The position numbers and the translations under genes were made by a program. Below, piece by piece: positions 18,729-28,017 of a stretch of 64,000 bases of DNA. Every line of letters starts with the position of its first letter. The stretch's first letter is position 1. The stretch is from contig JAILKS010000052.1 of assembly GCA_024693715.1 (NCBI GenBank), positions 4,214 to 68,213 on the forward strand, read 5' to 3'. The DNA is from Treponema sp. Lineage in GTDB: Bacteria; Spirochaetota; Spirochaetia; Treponematales; Treponemataceae. The notes under the pieces are model-generated. The model was given only the letters and a program-made list of their open reading frames with translations. It made no database searches and was not told the DNA's origin.

Positions 18729-18732
18729 AAAT

Positions 18733-20304
18733 TTATTTTTCCGTGCGTTTTAGCAGGGCAGGCAATATATCTTTACGGAAAGTTTCTTTTGTTTTTTTGA
18801 ATAATTCTTCATTAACATCAGGTTTTCCGGTAATAAAGGTGCATTTTGCCCCCAGCTGTTCCTTGCAAAGTTCTTTTACATCCTTCGTTAAAACGCATGG
18901 AATTTTAAGACTCTGTTCACTAAGAGTATAAGTTTTTATATCCGGATTTTTTTGTATCTGACTTTCAAACCACCAGGCAAACATTTTTAATTTGCTGTCT
19001 GTAAAAACAATTTCATTTTTATAGTTTTTATCTTTTATAAGATTTGAATTTATCATTGAATTAAAACTCATCTGTTCTATTGTTTTTAATCTGCTGTTAA
19101 TAGTATTCCATTGTTTTTCTGCATTACTTCCTTTTATATGAGTTTCTTTCAGAGGATATGCAAGATCCAGTCCTGCAAGATAAATGTTTTTTGCACCAAG
19201 TTTTTTAGCAAGCATCCAGGCACAGGAAGCAACTGAACCTCCTGCCCCAAGATTTCCGAATTCTCCAAGAACACTTTCAAAATAATTACTGACAGGAATC
19301 TGATCTGAACATAAAAGAATATCCTTTGCTTTGAATCTGAATACTGCCGGATGTACACTGATTGGTGCAATAAGTATGCTTTGTGGTGCTTTCAGAAACA
19401 TAAGATGTCTGTAAGCGTAAAACTGCGGATCTGTGATTATAATAAAATCAGGAGTAATATTGTTTCTTAACAATGCATGAAGTGCTGTTTCAACACAGAT
19501 TATTGTATTTGTATGCTGCAACGTTTTCAGCGGTTCTAGAAGTGATTGAAGTGAAGGACCTGCCGCAACTACAAGGCAGTTTTTACAATTATCATTATTT
19601 TTAAGAAAATTATTAACGGTTTGTCTTAAAGTAATCTGCTCTAAATTATTTGTGCTGTTTCTTATCCATAGCTTTGCAAATCTTTTCAGTGTAGAACTGT
19701 TAATTTCATTTTTTCTTTTGTTTCTTTCTATTATCTCAATTACTTGATTAAAATATTTTTCTGCATGTTGTGTAAAAGGTTTCAGATTGATTATAAATGA
19801 ATTTGAAACTCCGTTTACGTTTAATCCTATTTCATTCTGTTCTTCAATAAGTGCAATTATCTGATCAAGAGGACAGCTGATTGTAATTATTAAATTTTCA
19901 ACTTCAAAAACCTTCTGCCAGTCAAGAACACAAATTGCAGTTAAAAAATAATTTATGTCATTTTCGATTAGTATCAGGCGTTGAGTTTTTTTAATTTCCT
20001 CGCAGACTGCATTTACCTGGTAACCTAAGCCAAACCCAAGAAAAATTATATTTTTAACATCCTTCGTTTCACCGGTTACTGCCTGTGCTTCGCGTGACGG
20101 ATTATATGATGAATGTAAGAGAATGTTGTTATCGCTTGCAGTAATTTCTCCGTTCTTAGCTCTGGTGATTTTATAGAAAGGATTATCTTCTATATTTTCT
20201 GAATATTTTTGTTCAAACTCCTGAATCTGATTTGAATAAATATCATACAGGGCAGGGAATCTTTTTTTAAATGCATTAAGATTTTTATTCCATATAGAGT
20301 TCAA
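18733..20304 (-). CDS. Maf/DUF115 (motility-associated factor, MptE-like) protein, probable flagellin glycosyltransferase
   Basis: AAGPSL, ITDPQ, GGSVA, LAGLDLAY..ETH motifs; N-terminal LLHSSYNPSREA; spirochaete flagellins are glycosylated. Confidence 0.8.
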   Translation of the reverse strand: MNSIWNKNLNAFKKRFPALYDIYSNQIQEFEQKYSENIEDNPFYKITRAKNGEITASDNNILLHSSYNPSREAQAVTGETKDVKNIIFLGFGLGYQVNAVCEEIKKTQRLILIENDINYFLTAICVLDWQKVFEVENLIITISCPLDQIIALIEEQNEIGLNVNGVSNSFIINLKPFTQHAEKYFNQVIEIIERNKRKNEINSSTLKRFAKLWIRNSTNNLEQITLRQTVNNFLKNNDNCKNCLVVAAGPSLQSLLEPLKTLQHTNTIICVETALHALLRNNITPDFIIITDPQFYAYRHLMFLKAPQSILIAPISVHPAVFRFKAKDILLCSDQIPVSNYFESVLGEFGNLGAGGSVASCAWMLAKKLGAKNIYLAGLDLAYPLKETHIKGSNAEKQWNTINSRLKTIEQMSFNSMINSNLIKDKNYKNEIVFTDSKLKMFAWWFESQIQKNPDIKTYTLSEQSLKIPCVLTKDVKELCKEQLGAKCTFITGKPDVNEELFKKTKETFRKDILPALLKRTEK

Positions 20305-22153
20305 TTACCATATCCTTTGTTACTGGCGTTCCAGGTTCCGGTGATTGATTTACAACCCAACCGCTGCCGTTTATGCTTAGTTTAATATCCTTTATTTCAA
20401 GCAGAGGAAGCAGTTCTTTTTTTGAGCTTCCTGTAAAGTCTGGTAAAGAAGCACCTATTTTGATTGTCTTCTTTGACGGAAGATTAATAACTCCATTGTG
20501 TTCAACAGAAGATGCTCCGGCACGGCTCATTCCAAGATGATCAATGATTATATCAGCAGCTTCTCCGATTACAGGAGCAACGATTCGTCCGGCGTAAGTT
20601 TCACCTTTTGCTTTTTCAATTACGATATAAAGACAAATCTGAGGATCTTCTACCGGGAATAATGCGATACAGTTGGAAAGAAAGTCTGTTTCGCTGTAGC
20701 CGCCGTTTACTTTATCTGCCATTTGTGCTGTACCGGTTTTTACACCGATTGCCACATCACCGATATTTGCCTTTGAACCGGTTCCTGTTGTTGCTGTAGT
20801 TTCCATGCAGCTTAAAATATAATCGGCAGATGCTTTACTTAAGGCTCTTTCTTTATATTCAGGAAGGTGTTCATAAAAAACAGTTCCATCCATATTCGTA
20901 ATTTTTTTTATAACTGTAAGCTGTACGGGAATTCCTCCGTTTCCGATTGTAGAAGCAGCCTGAACCATCTGAAGTGCGGAAACACTTATTTCCTGTCCTA
21001 TTGCAATCGTCGGTTTTGAACGAGCCGACCAGCTTTTATTTGACGAATCCTTTACAAAGCCTGTCGTTTCACCGGAAAGTTCTATTCCTGTTTTTGAGCC
21101 GAAGCCTAAAAGCTTTATTCTTTCTATGAATCTTTCTTCACTGATTTTATCACTTATCTGACCTAAAACATCATTGCATGAATATTTAAGTGCTTCTCGT
21201 GGAGTAAGCCATCCGTGCTTATCAAGACATTTTATTTTTACAGTTTCACCTCTCGGGATTTTTCTTTCATATGCACCGTCACATAAAAAACTGTCGTTTG
21301 GAGAGATTACCTTTTCATCATAAGCTATGCCCACAGTAAAAATCTTAAAAACAGAACCAGGCTCATAGGCATTTATTGCAGGTCTGTTGATTTTTGCATT
21401 AGCATCACTCGCACCATAATCATTTAAATCTGCAGAAGGAAGACTTACGTATGAAAGAATCTCACCGGTTTTACAGTTCGCTGCAAGAAGCATTATGCTT
21501 TCTGCCTTTGTATCATTCATTGCTTTTAGAGAAAGCTGTTCGAGTTTATACTGAAGATTTGCATCAATTGTTAAAAAAATATTCTTACTTGGACGAGGAG
21601 CATTCGCTTCATAATCATAATCAGGAGAAAGAACATCCTGCTGTGAAAACTCTATTCCTGCGAGTCCCTTTCCTTCATCACCCATATAACCGATTAATTG
21701 AGAGGCGAGAGAATAATTAGGATAAATTCTTCCAGGCAGTTTTTCATAGTTTATAAAAGTAAAGCCGTAATCATTTGCTACGGAACTTATTTCATCGTAT
21801 TCATTTTGAGTTGCTTTCTTTTTTAAGATGATGTATTCACGTTTCTTATCGGTTTTTTCTTCAAGCTCACTTTCGGTCATTCCGAAAAACTGAGCCATAA
21901 CCTTGCAGAAGTTTTCTTTGTTTTTTATATCTCTGGTATTTAAGCCGATTCTGTAGAAATTTGTCTGTACTGCAAGAGGAGAGCCTGAACGGTCAAAGAT
22001 GGAACCTCGTTCAGTAAAATTATTACTTTGAGAAGATGATTTAACTGTTTTTAAGGCAAGCTTCAGATATGAGAAAAGCGTAAAAATTAGAAGAACTCCG
22101 CATATAAGAAAACAGAAAAATACGCGTTTTTTCTTAAAAAAAGTGTTCATCAA
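20285..22153 (-). CDS. Class B penicillin-binding protein (FtsI/PBP2 family) with C-terminal PASTA domain
   Basis: RGSIFDR dimerisation motif; SVFK, SCN and KTG active-site motifs; terminal LPDFTG...GSGWVVNQSP PASTA. Confidence 0.92.
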   Translation of the reverse strand: MMNTFFKKKRVFFCFLICGVLLIFTLFSYLKLALKTVKSSSQSNNFTERGSIFDRSGSPLAVQTNFYRIGLNTRDIKNKENFCKVMAQFFGMTESELEEKTDKKREYIILKKKATQNEYDEISSVANDYGFTFINYEKLPGRIYPNYSLASQLIGYMGDEGKGLAGIEFSQQDVLSPDYDYEANAPRPSKNIFLTIDANLQYKLEQLSLKAMNDTKAESIMLLAANCKTGEILSYVSLPSADLNDYGASDANAKINRPAINAYEPGSVFKIFTVGIAYDEKVISPNDSFLCDGAYERKIPRGETVKIKCLDKHGWLTPREALKYSCNDVLGQISDKISEERFIERIKLLGFGSKTGIELSGETTGFVKDSSNKSWSARSKPTIAIGQEISVSALQMVQAASTIGNGGIPVQLTVIKKITNMDGTVFYEHLPEYKERALSKASADYILSCMETTATTGTGSKANIGDVAIGVKTGTAQMADKVNGGYSETDFLSNCIALFPVEDPQICLYIVIEKAKGETYAGRIVAPVIGEAADIIIDHLGMSRAGASSVEHNGVINLPSKKTIKIGASLPDFTGSSKKELLPLLEIKDIKLSINGSGWVVNQSPEPGTPVTKDMVIELYME

Positions 22154-22728
22154 TCCTTCCCGATTACCTTTCCCGTAATGTTTCTACAGGAAACAAAACC
22201 GTAATCTCTGGAGTCAACCGAGTTATTAAAATTATCTCCAAGAACAAAAATAAAATTGTCCGGAACCTTATTAATATCTTTAAGCCAGTTGTACTGTCTT
22301 TGATTCAGCGGTATGTGTTTGTTATCTATTAATAAATAATATTTATCATACTCTGAATCGGACAGAATTTCTAGATAGTCGCCGCCGGTAAGAACGCATC
22401 TTTTAACTACAATTTTGTTGTCATGAAGAAAAAGAACTACATCATTTCTGACAGGTTTCTTCCATTGAACAAAATATGTATCGGTAAAAGGTTTTGAAAA
22501 TCCGTATGCAAGCCTGTTGATTAAAACAACCTGTTTGTCTTTAATGCCCGGCTCCATTGAATTTCCTGAAATCTTAAGATAATCGATAACGAAAAATTTT
22601 AAGAAGAAAGCGCAGAATAATGCAAGAATAATCAGTGTAAGCATTTTTTCACTTCGTTTTTGAAGTTTGCCAAGAGAATCTTCCTGCTGATTTTTTTCAT
22701 TTATTTTTGTAACCTGAAGGGTTTTCAT
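22150..22728 (-). CDS. lepB: Signal peptidase I
   Basis: SGNSMEP (Ser), VVKR (Lys), FVLGDNFNNSVDSRDYG. Confidence 0.92.
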   Translation of the reverse strand: MKTLQVTKINEKNQQEDSLGKLQKRSEKMLTLIILALFCAFFLKFFVIDYLKISGNSMEPGIKDKQVVLINRLAYGFSKPFTDTYFVQWKKPVRNDVVLFLHDNKIVVKRCVLTGGDYLEILSDSEYDKYYLLIDNKHIPLNQRQYNWLKDINKVPDNFIFVLGDNFNNSVDSRDYGFVSCRNITGKVIGKD

Positions 22729-22796
22729 TGTTTTATATGATTTTTTTCTTATAAAATATTCTAAACCCCATTTTATTTTCTGTCGATAGAAAAAAT

Positions 22797-24047
22797 ATGG
22801 AAATAATTAGTTTTATTTGTGACGAACCACAGCCTACAAGGGCAACAGGATTTTTTAAGTCAACTTTAGGTTCAGTTTCTTTAAAGAAAAAAGAAAAGAA
22901 ATATCAGGAAAAGGAAGATGTTTCTTATGCATTTAATTTCCCGCAGGAAAAACAGACTTTCAGGGCTGGTGCTGTAAGCCGTGAGTTTAATTTTGGAACA
23001 GTTCTCAGTTCAATAGGACATTTTATATCGGTTGTCGCAAATAAAATAAGACGTAATCTTAAGACCTTCTTCATTGGTCTTTTAATAACAGGTGCTGTAA
23101 TTACTGCTGTTGTTTTTTCCATTAAACTTGCTTTATATAAAATAAATCATACTGGTCCTTTATCTTTCCAGCAGGATGATTCGCTTGATGAAGAAAACCT
23201 TGCCAAATTCATGGAATTGTTTGCAATGGAAGGAAGTCTTGAATCTCTTGAAAGCAAGGAATTAACAGAAGATACATCGGTAAAAATCAATCCTAATCTT
23301 CTTATTCAGCCTATTTCATATCAGACTTATAAGGTTCGCGGTGGTGATACAATCAGCGGTATTGCGGGAAAATTTGGTCTTAAAAATATTTCATCACTTA
23401 TTTCGGTAAACAATATTACAAATGTACGCCATCTTGTAGAAGGTCAGAAGCTTAAGATTCCTAATATGGACGGTATTGTTTATAAGGTTTCTGCAGGTGA
23501 CACATTAAGTAAAATTGCAGATAAATATAAAATCAAGGTTGAAACTATTCTTGATGTAAATGAACTTACTACAGATTCCTTGACAAAAGGACAGGAATTG
23601 TTCCTTGCCGGAGTAGGAATGGATAAAACTGCTCTTGCAGAAGTAATGGGCGATTTATGGAAGCTTCCTATCAGAGCAAGCTTTAGATGGAGTTCACCAT
23701 ATGGAAACAGAATAGACCCTATCAAAAAGGTAAAATCTTTCCATACAGGAACAGATATGGCTTGTCCTACCGGAACTTCTGTTTATGCAGCCTTGAGCGG
23801 TACAGTATCGTTTACTGGTGTTTCAAGTGTATTTGGAAATTACATAATTATAAAGCATACCGGCGGATATCAGACTTTATATGCTCATCTTTCAAAGATT
23901 TATGTTAAGAAAGGTCAATGGGTAGATCAGAAGGTAAAGATTGGTGCCGTAGGCTCAACTGGATATTCAACAGGTCCTCATCTTCATTTTACAGTTTATA
24001 AAAACGGTAAGCTTGTAGATCCGATGACGGTTCTGAAGAAAAAATAA
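22797..24047 (+). CDS. LysM-containing M23 family peptidoglycan endopeptidase
   Basis: One TM helix, two LysM repeats (YKVRGGDTISGIA; YKVSAGDTLSKIA), HTGTD, YAHL and GPHLHF M23 motifs. Confidence 0.93.
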   Translation: MEIISFICDEPQPTRATGFFKSTLGSVSLKKKEKKYQEKEDVSYAFNFPQEKQTFRAGAVSREFNFGTVLSSIGHFISVVANKIRRNLKTFFIGLLITGAVITAVVFSIKLALYKINHTGPLSFQQDDSLDEENLAKFMELFAMEGSLESLESKELTEDTSVKINPNLLIQPISYQTYKVRGGDTISGIAGKFGLKNISSLISVNNITNVRHLVEGQKLKIPNMDGIVYKVSAGDTLSKIADKYKIKVETILDVNELTTDSLTKGQELFLAGVGMDKTALAEVMGDLWKLPIRASFRWSSPYGNRIDPIKKVKSFHTGTDMACPTGTSVYAALSGTVSFTGVSSVFGNYIIIKHTGGYQTLYAHLSKIYVKKGQWVDQKVKIGAVGSTGYSTGPHLHFTVYKNGKLVDPMTVLKKK

Positions 24048-24057
24048 TATATGCGGG

Positions 24058-24306
24058 GTGTATAAGACTATGAACGCAGTTTGTACAGGGTGCGGGCGGA
24101 CAATAGATAAGGAATTTATATACTGTCCATGGTGCGGTTTTTCCAGAGTGTCACATGAAAGTGATTCTCTGGATGTTTTGTTTAACAAATATGAACAGAT
24201 GCACAGGGAAATTCGCCGCCGTCAGTTGTCAGATATGGAAAAACAGCTTGATGAAATGGAAAAGGAGCTTTCTGTGCTTGTGTTGAGTACGGAGATGCAT
24301 AAATGA
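24058..24306 (+). CDS. Small zinc-ribbon plus coiled-coil protein
   Basis: CTGC...CPWC knuckles followed by a heptad-like helix; start may be ATG 24070. Confidence 0.75.
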   Translation: MYKTMNAVCTGCGRTIDKEFIYCPWCGFSRVSHESDSLDVLFNKYEQMHREIRRRQLSDMEKQLDEMEKELSVLVLSTEMHK

Positions 24307-26486
24307 AAAAACATGTTTTTTTTACCGGATTATTTTTATGCTTGAGTTCAGTCTATGCGGGAATATCCTTTGGTCCGGCAGATATAAATGATGCAGATGA
24401 AGTGCTTTACACTGTAAATCAGGATATTATCGGTGTTCAGTCAATTCAGTCTCTTTTTAAGACAACAATCGTTAGCGGTGAAAGTAAAGGTAAACCTCAA
24501 CTGCTTACCTGTTATCCTGAAAAAATGGAGCTTCTTGACGGAAAGTCCATCCTTCAGATAAGAAACCGTTTTGGTAGAGCTCAGTATAATTCAAAAACAG
24601 AAACATTTTCATATCTTGAAACAGTTGATACAATCCCTGAAAAATCGCTTCCAGTAAATCCTTATGAAGCAAGTCCTGATGGAAATTATGTGTGCTATAT
24701 TCAGAGAGAGACAATAAGCAGCGGTGCATTGATTTTAGAGGATGTTCAAAGCGGCAGGAAATTTGTTCTTTGTGATGATACGAGACAGAGTTATGACAGC
24801 GTTCCGGTAAAATGGGCTCCTGACAGTTCTATTCTTATTTATGAAAAATATGATTCACTTTATTTTTGTAATCCAAAAGCAGTGCTTACAAAGGTAGAGA
24901 TGGATGAAAAATACCGAAAGATTGGAAAAGGTACTATAAACAGCATCAATTGGGCAACTCAAAAAACTTTGATTTATATTGATGATTATCTTGTCTATAA
25001 AATCAATTCGAAGGAGCTTTATACAATTGGTTTGTATTCAGGAATCATCGGTCAGGGAAAAACAATCGGACGTTTACCATATCGTTTTAATCATCTTACA
25101 GATAAATTCAGTGTAGATCCAGGCATGTCTTCAATCCTTCTTGTACAGAATAAATCGCTTTTTTCTTACTTGAAATTCCGTTCTGCTTCCTGTGATTTTA
25201 TGGATGTAGTATATTCCAGACCTTTTATTGATTCAGGCAGTTCGTTAATAGATTCTTTTATTTTCTGGGACAGCAATAATAAACCGGTTTTATGGCTTGA
25301 AACCTTGCCTTATTACGGGGCAAAGGAAAAGGCATTAATTTATAGAATATCTGACAGTGCAGTAAAAATTCTAGAAATTGCGGATTCAGGCTGTCCAGTT
25401 CCATCTCCGGACGGTAAAAAAGTTGCCTATGCTGCAGGTTCATTCATTTATATTTATGATGTAAACAGCTGGCAGCGTCTTGCAGAATTGTCAGGTGAAA
25501 AGGTTATAAGCTTTGTATGGATAAATAACAACAGTCTTTATGTAGGAAGTGAAGCTACAATAAAAAAATGGAATCTTTTGTCTAATACTACAGATTCATT
25601 TATGATAACTTCTGTAAAAGGCGGTTACTGGAGTAAATCTGATAATTCAATTCTCGCAAAAACTCAGGGAAATTATTTTTACAGATATCTTTCTGAAAAA
25701 GGAATCTGGGTAAAAAATCGAGAAGTTGAAGTTATGAATTCAATGGAAAACGGCCGATACAGACTTTTTACCGGTACAACTCAAAATAAAAAATATGAAA
25801 ATGCTCTCTACATAAGAACACTCAGCCGTAAGGCAATTACAAAACCAATGTGTCGGGAAAGTACTGTAAGAACATCAGTTCCTAAAAAAGTGGCGCTTGT
25901 TTTTGACGCATACGATAACGCCGATGGACTCACCGATATTCTTTACGTGCTTCAAAAATACAGGGTAAAAGCGACTTTCTTTTTGAACGGAGAGTTTATT
26001 CGTCGTTATCCTATGGAAACAAGACAGATTCAGCTGAGCGGATATGAGACAGCTTCGATGTTTTTTTCTACGACAGATCTTGTAAATAATTCTTTTATAG
26101 TTGATGAGGATTTTATTGTACGTGGACTTGCACGAAACGAGGATGAATATTATCAGTGTACGGGAAAAGAGCTTACGCTTTACTGGCATGCACCATATTA
26201 TTCTGTAAACAATAAGATAATTAATCATGCAAAAAAAGCAGGCTATGAATATGTAAATACGCTTTTTATAAATACAGATACTCCTCTTCTAGATAAAGAG
26301 ACAAAGCCACAGTCCATCATATATGAATACTGTGATTTACTTAAAAGGGTAGATTCAGGAATTGTTCCTGTTACGACAGGTTATTCTAATGGAAACAGAA
26401 CTGAACCGCTCTATAAATATCTGGATATTTTAATCTGCGCTCTTGTAGATTCAGGCTTTGAGTTTGTAACTGTAAGTGAATTATAA
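24303..26486 (+). CDS. Exported beta-propeller-like protein with C-terminal NodB/polysaccharide deacetylase-like domain
   Basis: Signal peptide; SPDG/WAPD propeller motifs; VALVFD, ATFFLNG and HAPY NodB-like motifs. The metal-binding HxxxH is not seen. Confidence 0.8.
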   Translation: MKKHVFFTGLFLCLSSVYAGISFGPADINDADEVLYTVNQDIIGVQSIQSLFKTTIVSGESKGKPQLLTCYPEKMELLDGKSILQIRNRFGRAQYNSKTETFSYLETVDTIPEKSLPVNPYEASPDGNYVCYIQRETISSGALILEDVQSGRKFVLCDDTRQSYDSVPVKWAPDSSILIYEKYDSLYFCNPKAVLTKVEMDEKYRKIGKGTINSINWATQKTLIYIDDYLVYKINSKELYTIGLYSGIIGQGKTIGRLPYRFNHLTDKFSVDPGMSSILLVQNKSLFSYLKFRSASCDFMDVVYSRPFIDSGSSLIDSFIFWDSNNKPVLWLETLPYYGAKEKALIYRISDSAVKILEIADSGCPVPSPDGKKVAYAAGSFIYIYDVNSWQRLAELSGEKVISFVWINNNSLYVGSEATIKKWNLLSNTTDSFMITSVKGGYWSKSDNSILAKTQGNYFYRYLSEKGIWVKNREVEVMNSMENGRYRLFTGTTQNKKYENALYIRTLSRKAITKPMCRESTVRTSVPKKVALVFDAYDNADGLTDILYVLQKYRVKATFFLNGEFIRRYPMETRQIQLSGYETASMFFSTTDLVNNSFIVDEDFIVRGLARNEDEYYQCTGKELTLYWHAPYYSVNNKIINHAKKAGYEYVNTLFINTDTPLLDKETKPQSIIYEYCDLLKRVDSGIVPVTTGYSNGNRTEPLYKYLDILICALVDSGFEFVTVSEL

Positions 26487-26536
26487 AGTAAAAAAAAAGA
26501 TTGAAATAAAGTTGTAAAACAGTTATCATTTAATGA

Positions 26537-27190
26537 GTGAGGTACCTTATGAAGAAAATCATTTTATCAGTTTTGATGGCAGGAGTGCTTGTAAGTGGTT
26601 TAAGTGCTCGAAGTTCAAAAAAATCATCGACATCATTAGATCTCAGCATTGATGTAAATTATGCGCTTCCAATGATTTTTCAGCACAGTGAAACAGATAT
26701 TTCTACATCGGATTCTTTCCAGTTCGGAATGGGAATTGATACTGGCATTAGTTTAATGCTTACAGACAGATTAGGTGCTAAGGTTGATGTTGGCTTTGAA
26801 TTTCCTCAGACAAACAAAGGAACTATTACTGTAGGTCCGATTGAGACTAAAATAAATCAAGATTACAGGGATTGGGAAAAGAATTTCAGATTTTCAATTT
26901 TCTTCGGTCCAAAAATTAATTTGATAAATCAGAGAAGTTATACTGTCGGAATTACTCCGGGATTTTTATTCCAGTCATGGGCAGTAAAAGAAGGGGCTTT
27001 AGACGGAACTATTACATACTGGGGTTTTGGCGGCGAAATAGATGCAACTTATACAGTAAGCGGAAATATTTATGCTAATCTTTCAGTTCCTGTTGTATGG
27101 TTATACAGTATGAAAGATGGTGACCACAAAACTGAAGATATAAGTTACTGGTGCATTAAACCAAAGATTGGTGTAGGATATAGATTCTAG
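26537..27190 (+). CDS. Probable outer-membrane beta-barrel protein
   Basis: Signal peptide; amphipathic strands; C-terminal KPKIGVGYRF (terminal Phe). Confidence 0.75.
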   Translation: MRYLMKKIILSVLMAGVLVSGLSARSSKKSSTSLDLSIDVNYALPMIFQHSETDISTSDSFQFGMGIDTGISLMLTDRLGAKVDVGFEFPQTNKGTITVGPIETKINQDYRDWEKNFRFSIFFGPKINLINQRSYTVGITPGFLFQSWAVKEGALDGTITYWGFGGEIDATYTVSGNIYANLSVPVVWLYSMKDGDHKTEDISYWCIKPKIGVGYRF

Positions 27191-27219
27191 AAATAAGTCC
27201 GATTTCTGATAATTTTTTA

Positions 27220-27255
27220 TAAAGCACTTGAAATATTGTATTTTGAGTGCTTTTA
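27220..27255 (+). terminator. Intrinsic terminator between the two OMP genes
   Basis: aaagcact...agtgcttt stem followed by a T-rich tract. Confidence 0.65.
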
Positions 27256-27309
27256 TTTTTTTTAAAGAGTTGTTACAATAAATAATAAACTTTCTTTTTG
27301 GGGTAAAAT

Positions 27310-27990
27310 ATGAAAAAAATATTTTTAATCATTATTGCTGCTTTATGTTTGTGTGGAGCAGTTTCGGCTTTGGAATTAACTGTAGACGGTAATGTTATTG
27401 TTCCTGTTACTAAATGGCGGGAAAATGATCCTATAAGATCTTCACATTCAGAAACAGGATTCGGTTTTGATGTTACAGGAAAAATGATGTTTACCAAAAT
27501 GTTTGGTGCACAGTTAAGTTTTGATTTACTGTTTCCTCTTGAGCATAAAGAAACCTGTAGAGCTGCAGATATACCTGAATTGAGTGGAGTTATTGATACC
27601 GGTTATGGATATACCGCAACATTACTCAATAAATGGGATCTTACAAAATGGTATAACGGAATCAGTGCAATTAATATTTTTGCAGGCTGTGTAATCAATG
27701 TTTATAATACAAGAGAACTTTTCATTGCTGTAATACCAGGATTTATTTTCCAGAATTATACATGTAAAGACAGAGTTAATAATGTTACTGTATCAGGCAG
27801 CTATAGAAATTTCGGTATTAGTGTAGAAGCAGATGTTACTTATTATCTTACAAAAGAAATATATGTTAATGCCGCTTTACCTTTAACATGGCTTTTTTAC
27901 ACAGAAGAGCTTTCTGAAAACAAGGGTTCTGGAATCCATAAGTTCTATACAGCGCCAAAAATCGGTGCAGGTTATAAATTTAACTTCTAA
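27310..27990 (+). CDS. Probable outer-membrane beta-barrel protein (paralogue of 26537-27190)
   Basis: Signal peptide; C-terminal TAPKIGAGYKFNF; shared VIPGFIFQ / ITPGFLFQ and ALPLTWLFY / SVPVVWLY segments. Confidence 0.75.
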   Translation: MKKIFLIIIAALCLCGAVSALELTVDGNVIVPVTKWRENDPIRSSHSETGFGFDVTGKMMFTKMFGAQLSFDLLFPLEHKETCRAADIPELSGVIDTGYGYTATLLNKWDLTKWYNGISAINIFAGCVINVYNTRELFIAVIPGFIFQNYTCKDRVNNVTVSGSYRNFGISVEADVTYYLTKEIYVNAALPLTWLFYTEELSENKGSGIHKFYTAPKIGAGYKFNF

Positions 27991-28017
27991 AAGCTGTACA
28001 AACAATTGAGGTAAAAT

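Noticed and set aside
16900-18730. Integron cassette array (T. denticola has a chromosomal integron)
   Set aside because: The spacers between the three genes show no GTTRRRY/RYYYAAC-bounded attC palindromes and no integrase is present.
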